Shown here: in pieces, positions 19,984 to 39,349 of the stretch | Layout: the number at the start of each line of letters is the position of its first letter | How positions within the stretch are numbered: position 1 is the stretch's first letter | From: the human T2T-CHM13v2.0 reference genome, Homo sapiens | Length of the DNA: 64,000 bases | NCBI RefSeq assembly: GCF_009914755.1 | Contig: NC_060930.1 | Strand: one strand, 5' to 3' | The notes under the pieces: generated by a model | What the model saw: only the letters and a program-made list of their open reading frames with translations | What the model was told of the DNA's origin: nothing | Databases searched by the model: none | Made by a program: the position numbers and the translations under genes

Positions 19984-20351
19984 TGTATCAGTCCATTCTT
20001 ACACTGCTATAAAAATACTACCTGAAACCGGGTCATTTATATAAAAAAAGAAGTTTAATTGACTCTGTTCCACATGGCTGGGGAGGCCTCAGGAAACTTA
20101 CAATCATGGCAGAAGGCAAGGGGAAGCAAGGCATGTGTTTACAAGGCGGCAGGAGAGAGAGGAAGCTCAGGGGAAAGGGCCAGACACTTATCAAACAACC
20201 AGATCTCCAGAGAACTTCCTCACTGTCATGAGAACAGCATGGCAGAAACTATCCCATGAGCCAATCACCTCCCACCAGGACCCTCCCTTGACACATGGGA
20301 ATTACAATTGATGATGAAATTTGGGTGAGAACACAGAGCCAAACCACATCA
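19984..20351 (-). mobile_element. THE1D/MSTA-like MaLR LTR (3' LTR of provirus)
   Basis: tgtatcagtcc...gaggcctcaggaaacttacaatcatggcagaagg...agccaaaccacatca. Confidence 0.92.
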
Positions 20352-21955
20352 TTTCACCCCTGGCCCATCCCAAATATCATGTTCTTTTCATATTTCAAAA
20401 CCAATCATGTCTTTCCAACAGTCCCCCAAAGTCTTAATTCATTCCAGCATTAACTCAAAGTCCAAGTGCAAAGTCTCATCTGAGACAAAGCAAGTCCTCT
20501 GCCTATGAGCCTGTAAAATCAAAAGCAAGTTAGTTACTTTCAATATACAATGGGGGTACAGGCATTGGGTAAATGTTCCCATTCCAAATGAAAGAAACTG
20601 GCCAAAACAAAGGAGTCACAGGCTCCATGCAACTCCAAAACCCAGGAGGGCAGTCATTAAATTTCAAAGACCCAAAATGATCTCCTTTTACTCTATGTTT
20701 TACATCCAGGGAATGTTGATGCATGGGGTGGGCTCCCATGGCCTTGAGCAGCTCCTCCCCTGTGGCTTTGCAGAATACAACCCCTGAACTGCTTTCACAG
20801 GCTGTTGTTGAATGCCTATGGTTTTTCCAGGTGCATGATGCAAGCTATCGATGGATCTCCCTTTCTGGGCTCTGGAGGATGGTGGCCCTCTCTCACAGCT
20901 CCACTAGGCAGAGCCCCAGTGAGGAATATGTGTGTGGGCTCCAACCCCACATTTCCCTTCTGCACTGACCTAGCAGAGGTTCTCTATGAGGGCCCTACCC
21001 CTGCAACAGACTTCTGCCTGGACATCCAGGTGTTTCCATACATTCTCTGAAATTGGCAAACCGTCCCAAAGCTCAACTCTTGTCTTCTGTGTACCACAGG
21101 CCCAACACCACATGGAAGCCACCAAGGCTTGGAGCCTGCACCCTCTGAAGCAACAGCCTGAGCTGTACTTGGCCCCTTTTAGGCATGGGTGGAGCTGGAG
21201 TTGCTGTGACACAGGGCACCAAGTCCCAAAGCTGCACTGAGCAACAGGGCTCTGGGCCCAGCTCATAAAGCAATTTTTCCTCCCGGGCCTCTGGGCCTAT
21301 GATGAGCAGGACTACCATGCAGGTTTCTGACATGTCCTGGAGACATTTTCCCCATTGTCTTGGGTATTAACATTCAGTTCCTTGGTACTCATGCAAATTT
21401 CTCCAGCTGACTTGAATTTTCCCAAGAAAATTGGTTTTTGTTATCTACCACATGGTCAGGTGGCAAATTTTCCAAACCATTATGATCTACTTCCCTTTTA
21501 GACACAAGTTCCAATTTCAAACCATCTCTTTGTGAATGCATATAACTAAGTGCTTTCAGAATAAGGCAGGCCACCTCTTGAATGCTTTGCTGCTTAGAAA
21601 TTCCTTCCACCAGATACCCTAAATCATCTCTTTCAAGTTCAGTGTTTCACAGATCTCTAGGGCAAGGGCAAAATGCTGCCAGTCTCTTTGTTAAAGCATA
21701 GCATGAGTGACCTTTACTCCCGTTCCCAATAAGTTCCTCATCTCCATCTGAAGCCATCTCAGCTTGGACTTCATTGTCCATATCACTGTCAGCATTTTGG
21801 TTAAAATTATCCAGCAAGTCTCTAGGAAGTTCCAAACTTTCCCACATCTTCCTGTCTTCTTCTGTTCCAACCTCTGCCTGTTACCCAGTTAAAAAGTCAC
21901 TTCCACATTTTCCGGTTATCTTTATAGCATTACCCCACTTCTGGTACCAGTTATG
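20352..21955 (-). mobile_element. THE1/MST internal region
   Basis: Classic internal motifs (ccaaagtcttaattcattccagc; aagtctctaggaagttccaaacttt) between two LTRs; decayed MaLR-derived ORF fragments. Confidence 0.92.
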
Positions 21956-24285
<2,330 letters not shown>

Positions 24286-25812
24286 GGGTTACTCTGTGCC
24301 TAAATAATTCTCTATTGGAAGGACCTTGGAAGTCATCTGTTATGACCCGGTTTTGTAATCCATAGGGTCTAGTGTTAGGGAAATACATATCAAGAGAGGA
24401 AGGACTGCCTTTGCCTAGCCCCCATTTCTAGTTTGTTTTATGTTGCTCCATCATACTTTTAGATGTGAACATCCTCAAACTTGAGGGAGATTGTGACAAG
24501 CATAGCTTCTACCTTTAGAGTTAAGACTACCCTCTACGGTAGTTACCTCATATTCTAATATTCCCAGGAATAGTTTGAAGTCCTTAGTAAAAGTCAGACA
24601 CCGCTAAGAAAACAAATGTTGTTCCATTGTGAAGTGGTAGACAGGGAGAGTGTTCTCACCCATGTCTGAGGTTCTGCATCTGCCATCTGTGCCCTTCCCT
24701 TGGTGGTTGGAGAAGTGTATGATGGGAAACTCCTGGAATATTAGAATAAAGGAGTCTAGCAGCAAATGGACAGATCAGTGCAGTCTTTCACACCAGGTTA
24801 CAGAGGACAAGCTTGGCCTATTCAGTTCTGAGGTATCGGGGGGCACAGTTTGGAGTCTCAAAGCATTGAAGACTTCCAAACCAAGTTACACAGGACAAAC
24901 TGGCCCTACTCAGTCCTGAGGGATCTAAATTATAGTTTGGATAGTCTTCCAATACAAGAGGATCCTCACATGTGAAGTTCTTTAGGATTTAGGAGTTAAC
25001 AGAAGAAACACTAAGAACTGTCATGTCCACAAAAGAGAGAATTAGACAATGTTAGTTAAAAATACATAGAAACCCTGGGCTTTTACTACTAACAGGGAAC
25101 AATGTGGGCTCCTAGGTCTCAGAGATGATAAATAAAAGCTTGGATATTTAAGGAAGCTAGTTCAGACAGTTTTGAGTCCTTCAGGAACAGACTCTCTCTA
25201 ATGAGCTTATTTAAAGGCTGAATGAAACTCAACAATAAAATTGGCTTGAATGGAGAAGGCATAAGCATATGCACTGGCCTATCCCACTGGCAGGTCAATC
25301 AAAATGCATAGCCTATTTCTTTAAGTAAGGAGAGAATTATGTTATAGAATCTCACAACTGAAAGAAATTTTAAAGATTATCTATTGTGAGGACGTTTGAG
25401 GCGGGCTAGGTTCATTCATTCATTCATTAAATTACCCACTCATTTATTCATTTAACAAATATAAAATGAATATCTGGAGATGGCACTCCTGATGTTATTC
25501 TTTTCTTATAACTATAGCCTCCTGCTAGGAAGAGAAGAAACTTCATTGGTTCCCAGGCTGCCACCAAGCTGACTTGAGCTAATAGTCTCTATTATGATGA
25601 CTTAAAAGAGACAAAGGTCCATAAAAGACAAGTGGCCACTGTTTATGATGGTATGCTTAGTGTTTCTTGGTTACCACTAGCACGAGGAAGTTGTGTTGTC
25701 AAGGCCAATAAAGAAAGCTTATATTAATTGATGTTCATGAAGTAGAGCAGTCAAAGAAAGTAGAGCATTGGAAAACACTGGCTCCTGGAACAGGAAGAAA
25801 CCCAAATAGTTA

Positions 25813-26189
25813 TAGATGCTCCTCCTCAAGTTACAGTGAGGTTATGTCCCAATAAACCCATCATAAATGGAAAATATCTTAAGCTGAAAATTCATTTAAA
25901 ATACCTAACCTACCAAACATCACTGCTTAGCCTAGCCTACCTTAAATGTGCTCAGAACACTTACATTAGCCTAAAGTTGGACATCTAACACAAAGCCTAT
26001 TTTATAATAATTGAATATCTCATGTAATTTATTAAATACAGTGCTGAATTGAATACAGTACTGACAGTAAAAAACAGAATAGTTCTACGTGTATTCAACG
26101 TGCAATTTCTACTGAATGTGTATCACTTTTGTATGACAGTAAAATTGAAAAATTGTAAGTCCAGCTATCTTAAGTTTGTAACTATCCAT
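25813..26189 (+). mobile_element. MER47A (Tigger)
   Basis: gcttagcctagcctaccttaaatgtgctcagaacacttacattagccta is the hallmark sequence; degenerate TIRs. Confidence 0.85.
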
Positions 26190-27699
26190 ATATTTATTAA
26201 GCAGTTGCCTGAGAACAGGCCTATGATTGTGGAAGTGATGACACAAAAAAAGTTACTTTAAAAGTAATGGTCTTTGGCAAAATAGGCATAGGAAGTAGGA
26301 TTATCCTGCAGGACTAGAAAGTACCAGTATTTAAACACACTCTGTTGAATGTCAATAACTTCAAGGATAAAGAAGGAAGTGAGAAAATAATCAGGCAGGA
26401 AAATATGATATGTATAAATATTATAAGGGGAACAAAAGTCTGGCCTCTAGCAGACCTGTTCATAACATTAGATGCTAAGAGACAATAGAGTAATATCTTT
26501 AGAGTTTTAAGATATAAAAGAATGTATAGAAATCATTTATATCCTGTGAAGGTGTCATTCATTTATGATGGCATGCTATTGTCAATGAAGTAAAATTCTA
26601 TAATATGGAGTGGGAAATAATTATGAGTATAGGGAATCAGAGTACTATAAGTAATAAAAAATCAATTTAATAAATATATATCAAATGTTGTGTCCCACAG
26701 ATGCTACATTCACTTATTCTCCTAAAGGTCTTTTCAACTCCCTGTCATGTATTGCTGGAATAGGGCCTAAGTTCTCTCTCTCTGTCTTCCAACCCTAATG
26801 TCTCTTCAGGATATTTATCAAAACTTATTTAAGCTTTTGAAATTAAAAGCGAACTCAGGAGAAAATTGTTTGCAGGCAAATTCTGCTTTCATCCAACCCT
26901 GAAGTAGTAAGTACAGGGTCTGTGTTATGGATAATAGCAGAAGAAGAAAGGGGAAAACCTAAGTGAAAACATAAATTAATAGTTCAAAAAAGGTACTTTC
27001 TCACAACATTGACTTTCTTATTATGAAAAATTTCTATGTAAGAAATAAAATACTGGGGTGGGGTAAATCTTCCAAATTTTGTCCTTGAATGCACACCATG
27101 GTTTTTTAATAACAAATAATGGTGACACACAATTTGAATAATGTATATATTTTTCCAATCATTAAGCAAATTATTCACAGTCTCTGTTTGGTGCTGACTT
27201 GATCCATGTTTCTCATTTCTTCGCACCAGCTTTCAGTGAGAAATAAACCAGATGCTCTTTTAAAAACATATTCCTAAAACTCTATGATTTTTAAAAGGCA
27301 ATAGATAATTTTTTTTTCTGGAAAAGCACTGAAAGAAAAATGATTTAATTCTTAAAGAGGCAAATAAGTAAGGGAATTTCGGATCAGGTTTCACTAATGA
27401 CTTAGAGGGTGAGACCTTAGAGGGACTCCTCAGCCAGTACTTGAAATGTTACAAAAACAACAGCACTCCAAGTCCCTGATTCTTGCCTTATGAATACAGA
27501 TTTTGTTCTTGAGGGAGTCTGGATGTAAATCCGTCACCATCACGTGACAAATGATCCAGAGCACACATCCCTTACCAGTGGGTAAGTAACTTGTCTTTCA
27601 CTTGGAAGCACAAAGCTCTCATTACCTGATTCCCTGATTTTTTTCATCTATCATGTCTCTCCCATGTGGTATGACTGTCTTTGAATCAGCAAGTGACTT

Positions 27700-28540
27700 C
27701 AGATGTGCTTATCTTTAAATGTCATATGTCCAACATGGAGCTGTTGAACTCCTTCATCCCAAACCTGTAGCTCTTTCTCATTGCAATAAAAGAGACCACT
27801 CTTTGCCGTGTTGCTTAAATGACACCATCTGAGACTCATCCTTGATTCTTCTCTTTGCTTCACCCCTCACCACCAATCTTTTAACAAACTCTATCAATTC
27901 TGTCTCCAAAAGATATATTTGATCATCTCTGCTGCCATATTTCACACCAGGACTACAGCAACAACTTCCTCTATGGCCTCTCAGCTTCCACTCTTGCTCC
28001 TCTACCATCCATTTTCCATACAGCAGCCAGGATAAAGTTTTATAAACGTAAATCTGATTATGTTGATTCCTTGCATAAAAACTTTCGAGAGCTTCCTTCA
28101 CTTTTAGAAGAAAAATTTAAACACTTAAAAGTGTTATGTTATCTGAGTACATCTCCAACTTGATCTCAAGCCCTTGTTTTCCTTGCACACTATTATTCTC
28201 TCATCACATTAGCCTTCTTTCTTATCTTCAAATACCCTTTTCCACATCAGAAACTACACTTAGCATTTTCTCTGATTGTATTTATCCGGTTTCTTTGTGA
28301 TTGCTTATTGTCATTCTTAGCTTGAAAATCCCCTCCTCTAAGAGGACTTCCTGACCAGCTATCTTAAATTTCAGCCCACCTCTCTCCCTTTTGGTGCTTC
28401 CCTGACCATCACTCTTCAGTTTCCCCTCAATCTGTAATCTACTTGTTTATTTTTCTTTCTTATTCATCACTGCATTCCCAACTCTTAGCATAGTATGTAT
28501 CACAAAATAGGTGCTGAGTAAATATTTGTTAAATATGTGA
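27700..28540 (+). mobile_element. L2a 3' portion
   Basis: cagcagccag...aaatctgattatg; terminus taggtgctgagtaaatatttgtt. Confidence 0.8.
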
Positions 28541-28807
28541 ACTCCTTAATGCCTAGTATATTATCCTGCAAACTAAGAACCCATAGGAATGGTAGGACTG
28601 CTGACTACCACAGTGATGATAACGGTATTAACAAGGCTGTCCAGGAGAATCAGTGTTCCCCACATGATTCCTACAAATGTGATATTATTAAATATGAGAC
28701 TCCCCAGATGACTCTAGGATTCATGGTTATTTTTCTTTTGTTCCATGACTAAACAACATTTTTGTGTTCTACCAGGAAGAAAAGCAGGCAGCTGTCAACA
28801 CTTGTCA

Positions 28808-29260
<453 letters not shown>

Positions 29261-29736
29261 AGAAAGGTTCTCCAAAGTCCTTACCCATGACTGGAACTAT
29301 AATTCTCATTTTGGATTTAGCAATCACTGAATTGTATTTTATAAACTTCCTGATTCTCAGAGACATTTGTATGAGATATTTGCCACTAACCTAAAGTTCT
29401 GCAATATTCTAGATTTAAGTATAGTAGACTTCTAATTGGAATATCTACTTTTGAATATTAATAACTATTTTTGATACAAAGCAGCATTATCATAAACAAT
29501 TGAAACTCAGATAACAATGTCTAAACAAATTACAGAGAATATCTTACTATTTGAGATAATTTTTATTAAATTTACCATCCATTAGCCCACAAAATATAGC
29601 AGTTTATAGTTAACAGTTATACCTGAAGAATAAAATAGATTTTAGTCTACATATAATTTTGATTTAAGTTACGGCTATATGTTGTAAATAGAAGTGATAA
29701 ATAATATATGTATAGCAATTTATATGTTTTAAAAAT

Positions 29737-30340
29737 CCATTCATCCAGGCATTTATTAAATACTTATTGATCCACTATCATCTTCTAGGCTCTAGACTAG
29801 ATTTGGGGGATTCGATGATAAATAAGGTAGCTGGTGTGTTTCCTCCTGGAGCTTACAGTCTAGCAGAGAGGACACATAGCACTGCATGACTTTATGCAAT
29901 TTACTTCATTCGCCAAATGAGAGGATATAGCTCATTTTGTGGGGAAGAGATAAGGTTGTCCATAAAGACTCCTGGAAGAAATGACAAGTACACTATAACA
30001 AAAGGGTCTATAGGATACTTATTGAGGCAGAACATAGGATACATGGTTACAGGCAAGGGAAGAGCATGTACAGAGGCCTGTAGGCAAAAGAGAGCACAGA
30101 TAGAGGAACTGGAAGGAATACAGAAACATAGCATACATAAGAGGAAGTTGCAAAGAAATACTCGAAGGGTCTGGATGATGCAGGATCTTATGAGTATAGT
30201 TAAAGAATTTGGAGTTATTATAAAGACAATGTGATACAATTGGGAATAATATGATCAGGTTTATGCTTTAGAAGGTCCTTTCTGGAGGTATTGTTGCAAA
30301 TAGATGGGAGGGAGAGGAGACACTAGGTAAGGAAGATGCC
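29737..30340 (-). mobile_element. L2 fragment
   Basis: cattcatcc...atttattaaatac; ggagcttacagtctag. Confidence 0.7.
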
Positions 30341-31642
30341 AAAAATAAAACCACTTTTAGTCAAAAATATAATGGGGTAAATTAAAATTAAATATAAATG
30401 CAATGACAACTCCAGACAGATGGTAAGGTTCACAGAGCCAAACTTGGATTCAAATGCATAAAAAACATAAAATTTGATCTAATCAAATGCAAGATGTATG
30501 CTAAATTCATGTTCTACTAAAATGTAAGACACTTAAATAAGGAAATAGAAAAGTAGAGCAAGTGAAACCACATTAGCACAATTACTCAGTGCCCATCTCA
30601 TGCAGCCATATGATGTGCATTTTCCTCTAATATTATCCAAGTGGACACTGCTGCTGATGCCTCATCCCCAGGAAGGTGATGGCATAGTTTCTGTAACATT
30701 TCTCAACCAGTATCAGTGCAGCATTAATTCTTTATTCCACAAGTATAAAACTCTTTATAATCCTATTGTTCTTCAGGAAATTCAGAATAAAACTACTTGG
30801 TGCCAGATAATTATTTAAGGGTGTTATATAACGGCATGCCATTGCGTTCTTTCTCTGAATAATGTCACCAAACATGCACACCTTCACCTTGAATACTGAT
30901 GACACAATGTTAGGATGTCACAGTTTAAAATGTACATAATTTATTTCCTTAACAATTTTACAACTGCGTAGCTTAAAAATGTTAAGAGACAACTATTTTG
31001 ACTTTTTCTTTTTATCAGTTTGTTCAGCTTTCTCTAAAGAAAGGAGAAATACCTCATAAACACCTCCAAACGTGCACATATAGGCAGGGCAAACTTTTAA
31101 CAGTATGAATTGAAATAAATTGTTAAGTGCATGTTCAGTTCCAGATTTTGAAGCAAAAATAACTTTGAACATTTTGGGGCTAGAATTAACAAATATTATA
31201 GAATTTCCTTCCCACATTTGAAATTTTAATTTCATAGTATTTTCAGTCCTCTGGGCTGAAACGAGGACCAGATAATATTTTAGCAAAAAAGGTGTTTTGT
31301 TTTCACGCTTTCATCATGCAAAAATAACCCAACTAATTTAGCCCTAACTTCCAAAAAATATTCAGTTTTATGCAGAAATCAACTATGTAGATCTCAGGCC
31401 AAAAGGAATATTTATCAGAAAACTCTGAAGCAAAGACTTTTATAAAAATATACTCTTCCATAAAGTTTTATTTTCAGTCATCTTTGACATGATGTAAATG
31501 AATTACTGCATTATTGCTTCCTAGTTATCTCTTATCTTTGCTGTGCCAGGAATTTGTGAGTTTTTTAATATAAATTTTGATCATTTAAAATTATAAACCC
31601 CTGGGGTCAGGCTTAAATATTGTAATTTTAAAATAATTATGA

Positions 31643-31972
<330 letters not shown>

Positions 31973-31989
31973 ATGAAATATAATAGCAG

Positions 31990-32215
31990 TTCACATTTTT
32001 GGTGCTCCCAAAATGCCAGAGACTATGCTAAATACTGTGTATATATCATCTCTTTTAAGTGTACCACAATCTGGAGAGGGAAGTATAATTGTTATCTCCA
32101 ATTTGTAGGTAAAGAGACTAGCCCTTAATGGGATTAAATAATTTGTACTAAGTAATACTAAGCAACTGTATTTACTGGGTGATGGAGTCACGATCCCCTA
32201 CCCCATGCCTCTCTG
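31990..32215 (-). mobile_element. MIR
   Basis: Antisense core ttatctccaatttgtaggtaaagagact. Confidence 0.6.
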
Positions 32216-32291
32216 ACTCCATACTCCACTTGAAAGTAGCATCCTCTTTTAGAACAGCCCCAATATAGCCCTAATCAATATAGTTATAGAC

Positions 32292-33120
32292 GCTTCCCCA
32301 GAACAGACAGAAAAATAGTCAGCAGGTTCATGAAAAATGTTAAACATTACTAATCATCAGGAAAATGCAAATCAAATCACCATTTCACTTCACACCTGTC
32401 AGAATCACTAGTATAACAACAGCAACAACAACAAAAAAACAGAAAAGTATTGGCAAAGATATGGAAAAATTGGAGCCCTTGTACACTGTTGGTGGGAATG
32501 CAAAGTGGTGCAGCTGCTAAGGAAATTCCTCAAAAAATTAAATATAGAACTATTCTATAATCCAGCAATGTCACTTCTGGGTATTTATCCCAAAAAAGTA
32601 AAATTAGGAGAGCAAAGGTATATTAGCACTCCGAGGTTCATTGCAGCACTATCCACAATAGCCAAGACATGGAGACAACCCAAATGTCCGTGGATGGGTG
32701 AATGCATAAAGAAAATATAAGATACATAGACAGTGAAACATTATTCAGCCTCAAAACAGAAGAAAAATCTACAATATGGACAACATAGATAAAGCTTAAG
32801 GACATTATTCTAACTAAAATAAGCCAGTCACAGAAAGAGAGATACTGCATGATTCCACTTACATAAGGTATCTAAAATAGTCAAATTCATGGAATCAAAG
32901 AGTGAAATAGTGATTTTCAGAGGCTGGGGGAAGGAGGAAATAGGGAATTGCTAATTAATGGGCATAAAATTTCAGTCAAGCAAGATAAATAAGCTCTAGT
33001 AATCTGCTATACAACATTGTACCTATAGTCAATAATAAAGTATTCTACACTTAAAAATGTGTAAAGAGGGTGGAGCTCATGTTAAGTGTTCTTACCACAA
33101 TAAAATAAAATACAAAAATA
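32292..33120 (+). mobile_element. L1MA9/10-like 3' end
   Basis: ORF2 end plus ...ctcatgttaagtgttcttaccacaataaaataaaa. Confidence 0.85.
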
Positions 33121-33981
33121 GCATGAACAGGAAGAACAACAATGGTAATAAAATAGTGTGTATTATAATAATATATAATATATAACAAGTATTATAATAA
33201 TATAAGTATAGATGAAATGCTGAACACTCAAACCTTCTGTTAAATTACATAGACATTAAAATGATCTATTGTGTTAAGTTCTAGTGTGAATTAAGTCAAC
33301 AGATTTTTTAAAAAACAAATTATATTTTTATGGCATTTTAATACTGACAAAAAGTATCAGCTCAATTATAGCAATATATCATTGTAGCTATTAAGACACT
33401 TTGGCCAAAATCTAAAGCCAGCAGTGACCATTCTAAAGACTTTGAATCAGCACAGAAGGTATGCTTTATCTAGCTTTTTTTTAAGGTTTTTCACTTACCC
33501 ACCTATTCTGAGCACCTTAATACTAGGTTACTGGCATTATTTTAGGTACTAGAATGAGGGACATTAAGGTAAGTAGTAGAAATGTTGTCCTTAAGGGACT
33601 TACATGCTACACATATAATAGGGTGAATTAAACAAATAGGGAATTTCAAGAGTGTGGATTGGATTGCTAATGGTAAAATTATGTATTGAGCCAAGGAGAT
33701 GTGAAGCAGGGAACACATAATTCGGTCATGAGCCGTGGCCTACAGGGCCAGTGCGACTTGCTCTGAAGTTGCATTCCAACTTTAGCTCATTTTTACACTT
33801 CCTCTTCCTCAGTTTGCTCCTGCCACCCTTGGACCGTGTATCTATTTCTTAAGATTCTGAACTCTTGGAATCTTACCCCTGCCTGGACACTCTGGCCAGA
33901 AGTGTGCTTGTCAGCTTATTCTTACCTTTCAGGATTCAGCTCTAATGTCACCTGGTCAGGAATGCCATCCATTAACCTTCT

Positions 33982-33984
<3 letters not shown>

Positions 33985-34030
<46 letters not shown>
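33985..34030. repeat. (TA)23
   Basis: Directly visible; abuts a 31-nt poly(T). Confidence 0.97.
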
Positions 34031-34799
<769 letters not shown>

Positions 34800-36249
34800 T
34801 AGCACTTAAAACAATCTTATCACATAATGTAGTAAGTTTCTTTTGGGATATTTTGAGTATGAGATAACTGTGAGAGTGATTAGATGTTCATCACAGATAA
34901 GTGATTAGGGTAAGAGATATCAAAGACTTAACCATCAGGGATCATGCCCAGGCAAAATTGAGAACTTCATCTACTGCTAAGAGGCACTCCTGTGCACATA
35001 TCCTAGAAGTCAACAACCAACTCTAGATTCAGATGAAACTTGGAAGGCAACTGAGGGGTCATTGGCACTTGGTTCTAATTCAGTAGGTTTGAATTAAGTA
35101 CTAGAACCTATTCCCAAAGTTTCTTCAAGATTCGTCTGATGACCTGCCTCTTTCCAAATATGGTTATCTCTTTGACAAGATCTCTATAGAATAATTATCT
35201 CATTACTGCTCCAACATTTTGAATAATATTAATAACTTAATACTTCAAAAGCACATACGGATGCTTGAAGCATGAAATCTTGATGTTCTTCCAAAACATA
35301 GCCTAAATTAGCCCTCCCGTAACTTATAACCACTAATTCTGCTCTCAGATTTAAGTCTACACCTCAACACTTCCCTAAATGTTTCATTTCACATGACAGC
35401 ACATATTAGAAGACAGTTATCACCTTTTCCACTAAATTTTCTATCTTCAGGTTAAACATCTTCACTTCCTTTCACTTTTTTTTTTCCTTCCAAGGCAACA
35501 GATATTTGAATTACTAGTACATATTGGACCCTGGACTAGGCACTAAAATAACATGGTTTTATTTTCTTTACAATTATAGTATTTTGCACTATCCTGCACC
35601 TGCAATCTGCATTATGCACACTATCTTGAGATCAAATTGCCCCAAAATGTGGACACTACACATTTAGTAATGTACTTTGTTAGCTTATTGGCTTGAATAG
35701 TCACATTAACTTGTATTTCCTACTTGCCTAAACTTGTCATTTTCGTATCTTCATCACGAGTTTGCCATATTTGGACACTACCTCTACAGACTTGATGGTT
35801 TTCTTTAACTCTCTTTTGTACCTACATATGTTTTCAAAAGAAGTTTTAAGGTCAGTGTCATAAATAAAACACCAGTATCACTGTATTAATGTAAGGAAAC
35901 TATAAAATAAAGGCAATAAATATGTTATTAAAATTCAAAATAAAAATTAACTCCATGTATCAATAAATATAGTTAATATTTTAAATTACTACTTTAAAAA
36001 TCTCTCAGTGAAAGGAATGGAACTATTTTTACTAGTTACTGATTTTATAAGAAAGGTACTAAATCAATAAGAAACGGTATCTTTAGTTTTGATATTAATT
36101 ATCTCCTTAAATTTTTATTCATATATATCTAGATAAAAAGGTAATGGTAACATTAGCCGTATTATAATTTAAACTATTTATGGCAATAGGTGGCTTTTTG
36201 ATCAATAGTGAGAAGGTGCAAAGCCAAAAGCTTGGTCATGATACTTGGT

Positions 36250-37630
<1,381 letters not shown>

Positions 37631-38199
37631 AACCACTGCTATGAGCAACACACATTAGGAGATAGCCATTTGGTCCTTTTAAATCCTCAGGTTTACATTT
37701 AATAATCAACAAACGATATTAACTTGCAAGCAGTTACTGATTCAGATAGAAGGAGATCGTGATATGAGCCATTTTACTGAAAAACTTGGGTGAGAGAATA
37801 TCACTTAAGGATCTGGCTAAAAGGGTTTGCTAACACTGTCTATGCTAGCCACCCACTCACAGACTCCCAGGCTAGGCATGGGAGACCATCTAGAGAAAAA
37901 TTTCCATCCGCAAAGCAGGCAAAATACACTCACCCAGGATTGCTCTCTCAAACTGGTCTCAGGTAGAAGCAGACAGGGGATCCCCAGAAAGCATGATTTT
38001 TTCATGAAATTGTTCTATCCAATAACTGACTTGGGGTGGGGGGAGTGAAGCTACTAATGGCCGTCATCCACCAATCTAGAAGCACCCTCTCCCACAATGG
38101 ACAGAAGTGAGTGAGAAAGAGAAGCAGAGGCCAGCAATGCTACTCCAGTGGAAGTAGCTGCACAGAAACCTGAAGGGAAATGAGTATTCCCCTATAACA

Positions 38200-38932
38200 C
38201 CTGCTGTGTTCTAGTCTCCTTTCCATGTGAATTGAAAGCAGATTCATCATTTTCAACAGTGTCATTATTCAACTTGCATTTATTTCAACTCATTTTTTCA
38301 CCTAATCACTTTTGGACAATTTTTTCCAAAATGTCGACGTATGTTCAAAATCTGAATTTTATAATAGAGAACTTACCTACCATATTTTAAAATCATGAAT
38401 TCAATATCTTATCCTTTCTACATATGTATCTAAATATAAAATAGTACTATAGGATATAGCTAATGACAGGACCTTATTGCTTCATGGTAACAGTGTTACA
38501 TCGGATGATTCTTTTGGATATGGCCATTTGGCCAGTTATAAATCCACTTACCTAAACGGTTTAGTCCAAGTGTCTTACCAACAAGATAAGTCATCTTATC
38601 ATCATGGAAATATTAAGAAATTTGATCAAATATTGTTCTGAGATTCATATTTTCATGTCTGCTGCAAATTTCTCATTTATGTTGTAATCACATTTTTCAA
38701 AAAAGAAAAGCATAAGAGAAACAAAAGGGACTTCTATAAGTGATTTGTACTAGATGAATCCTTTCCAGCTAGTAATGAGCATCACTTCCTTTTCCTAAGA
38801 AAATAATCTTTAAACAAACTTTTCTGGAACTTTATCAGTGACAAGGTTATACCCACTTACCTGTAATTTCCATATCTGGCCTTTTTGTTCTTTTTGAAAA
38901 TCAGAGAAATGTTCCCATATCTGGTATTCTAG

Positions 38933-38975
<43 letters not shown>

Positions 38976-39290
38976 TCAAGCATTATCAATTGAGGCTCTG
39001 CAGTCACGTCTGTAACTTATTTCAGTTTTGTAAAGGATGAAATTCACCCAGCCTAGATATTTGGATTCATTTAAAGAATCTCAGTACTTCCTTACTGTCT
39101 TCTCACATTTACCTCTTCATCATTTTTACCCTTTCCAGTTTGCAAGTCATTCTCCTTGAAGAAAAAAGACAAAAGCATAATACTTGTGTAGTTTTGCTTT
39201 TTCTGTGTCAGCTGTCAACTCAATCTCTTTCCTCAGTAATAGAATGATATAATATCTTTGTAGAGTCTAAAAAATCCTTTTTGCTCAGCA
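38200..39290 (-). mobile_element. L3/CR1 ORF2 (RT) fossil
   Basis: Minus-strand peptides DTEKAKLHKYYAFVF, VTAEPQLIML, NISLIFKKNKKARYGNYR and KWIYNWPNGHIQ resemble CR1 DMEKAEVLNAFFASVF, VIARPLSIIF, NVTPIFKKGKKEDPGNYR and RWI.NWL.GR.Q, in the correct order. Confidence 0.8.
38938..38974. repeat. Poly(T)37
   Basis: Directly visible; no Alu or L1 body attached. Confidence 0.97.
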
Positions 39291-39349
39291 TTTGTCTTTT
39301 AAAAAATGTCTAGGAGAAGAGAAAGAAACTGTAGCAGGATTCTTTGTAT

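Noticed and set aside
29901-30239. Overlapping 112-aa and 105-aa ORFs
   Set aside because: They lie within a decayed L2 and have no recognisable domain.
38855-38935. Apparent minus-strand exon ending CAG|gtaagt
   Set aside because: It lies in the L3 GNYR motif, and the sequence upstream is poly(A) with no pyrimidine tract.
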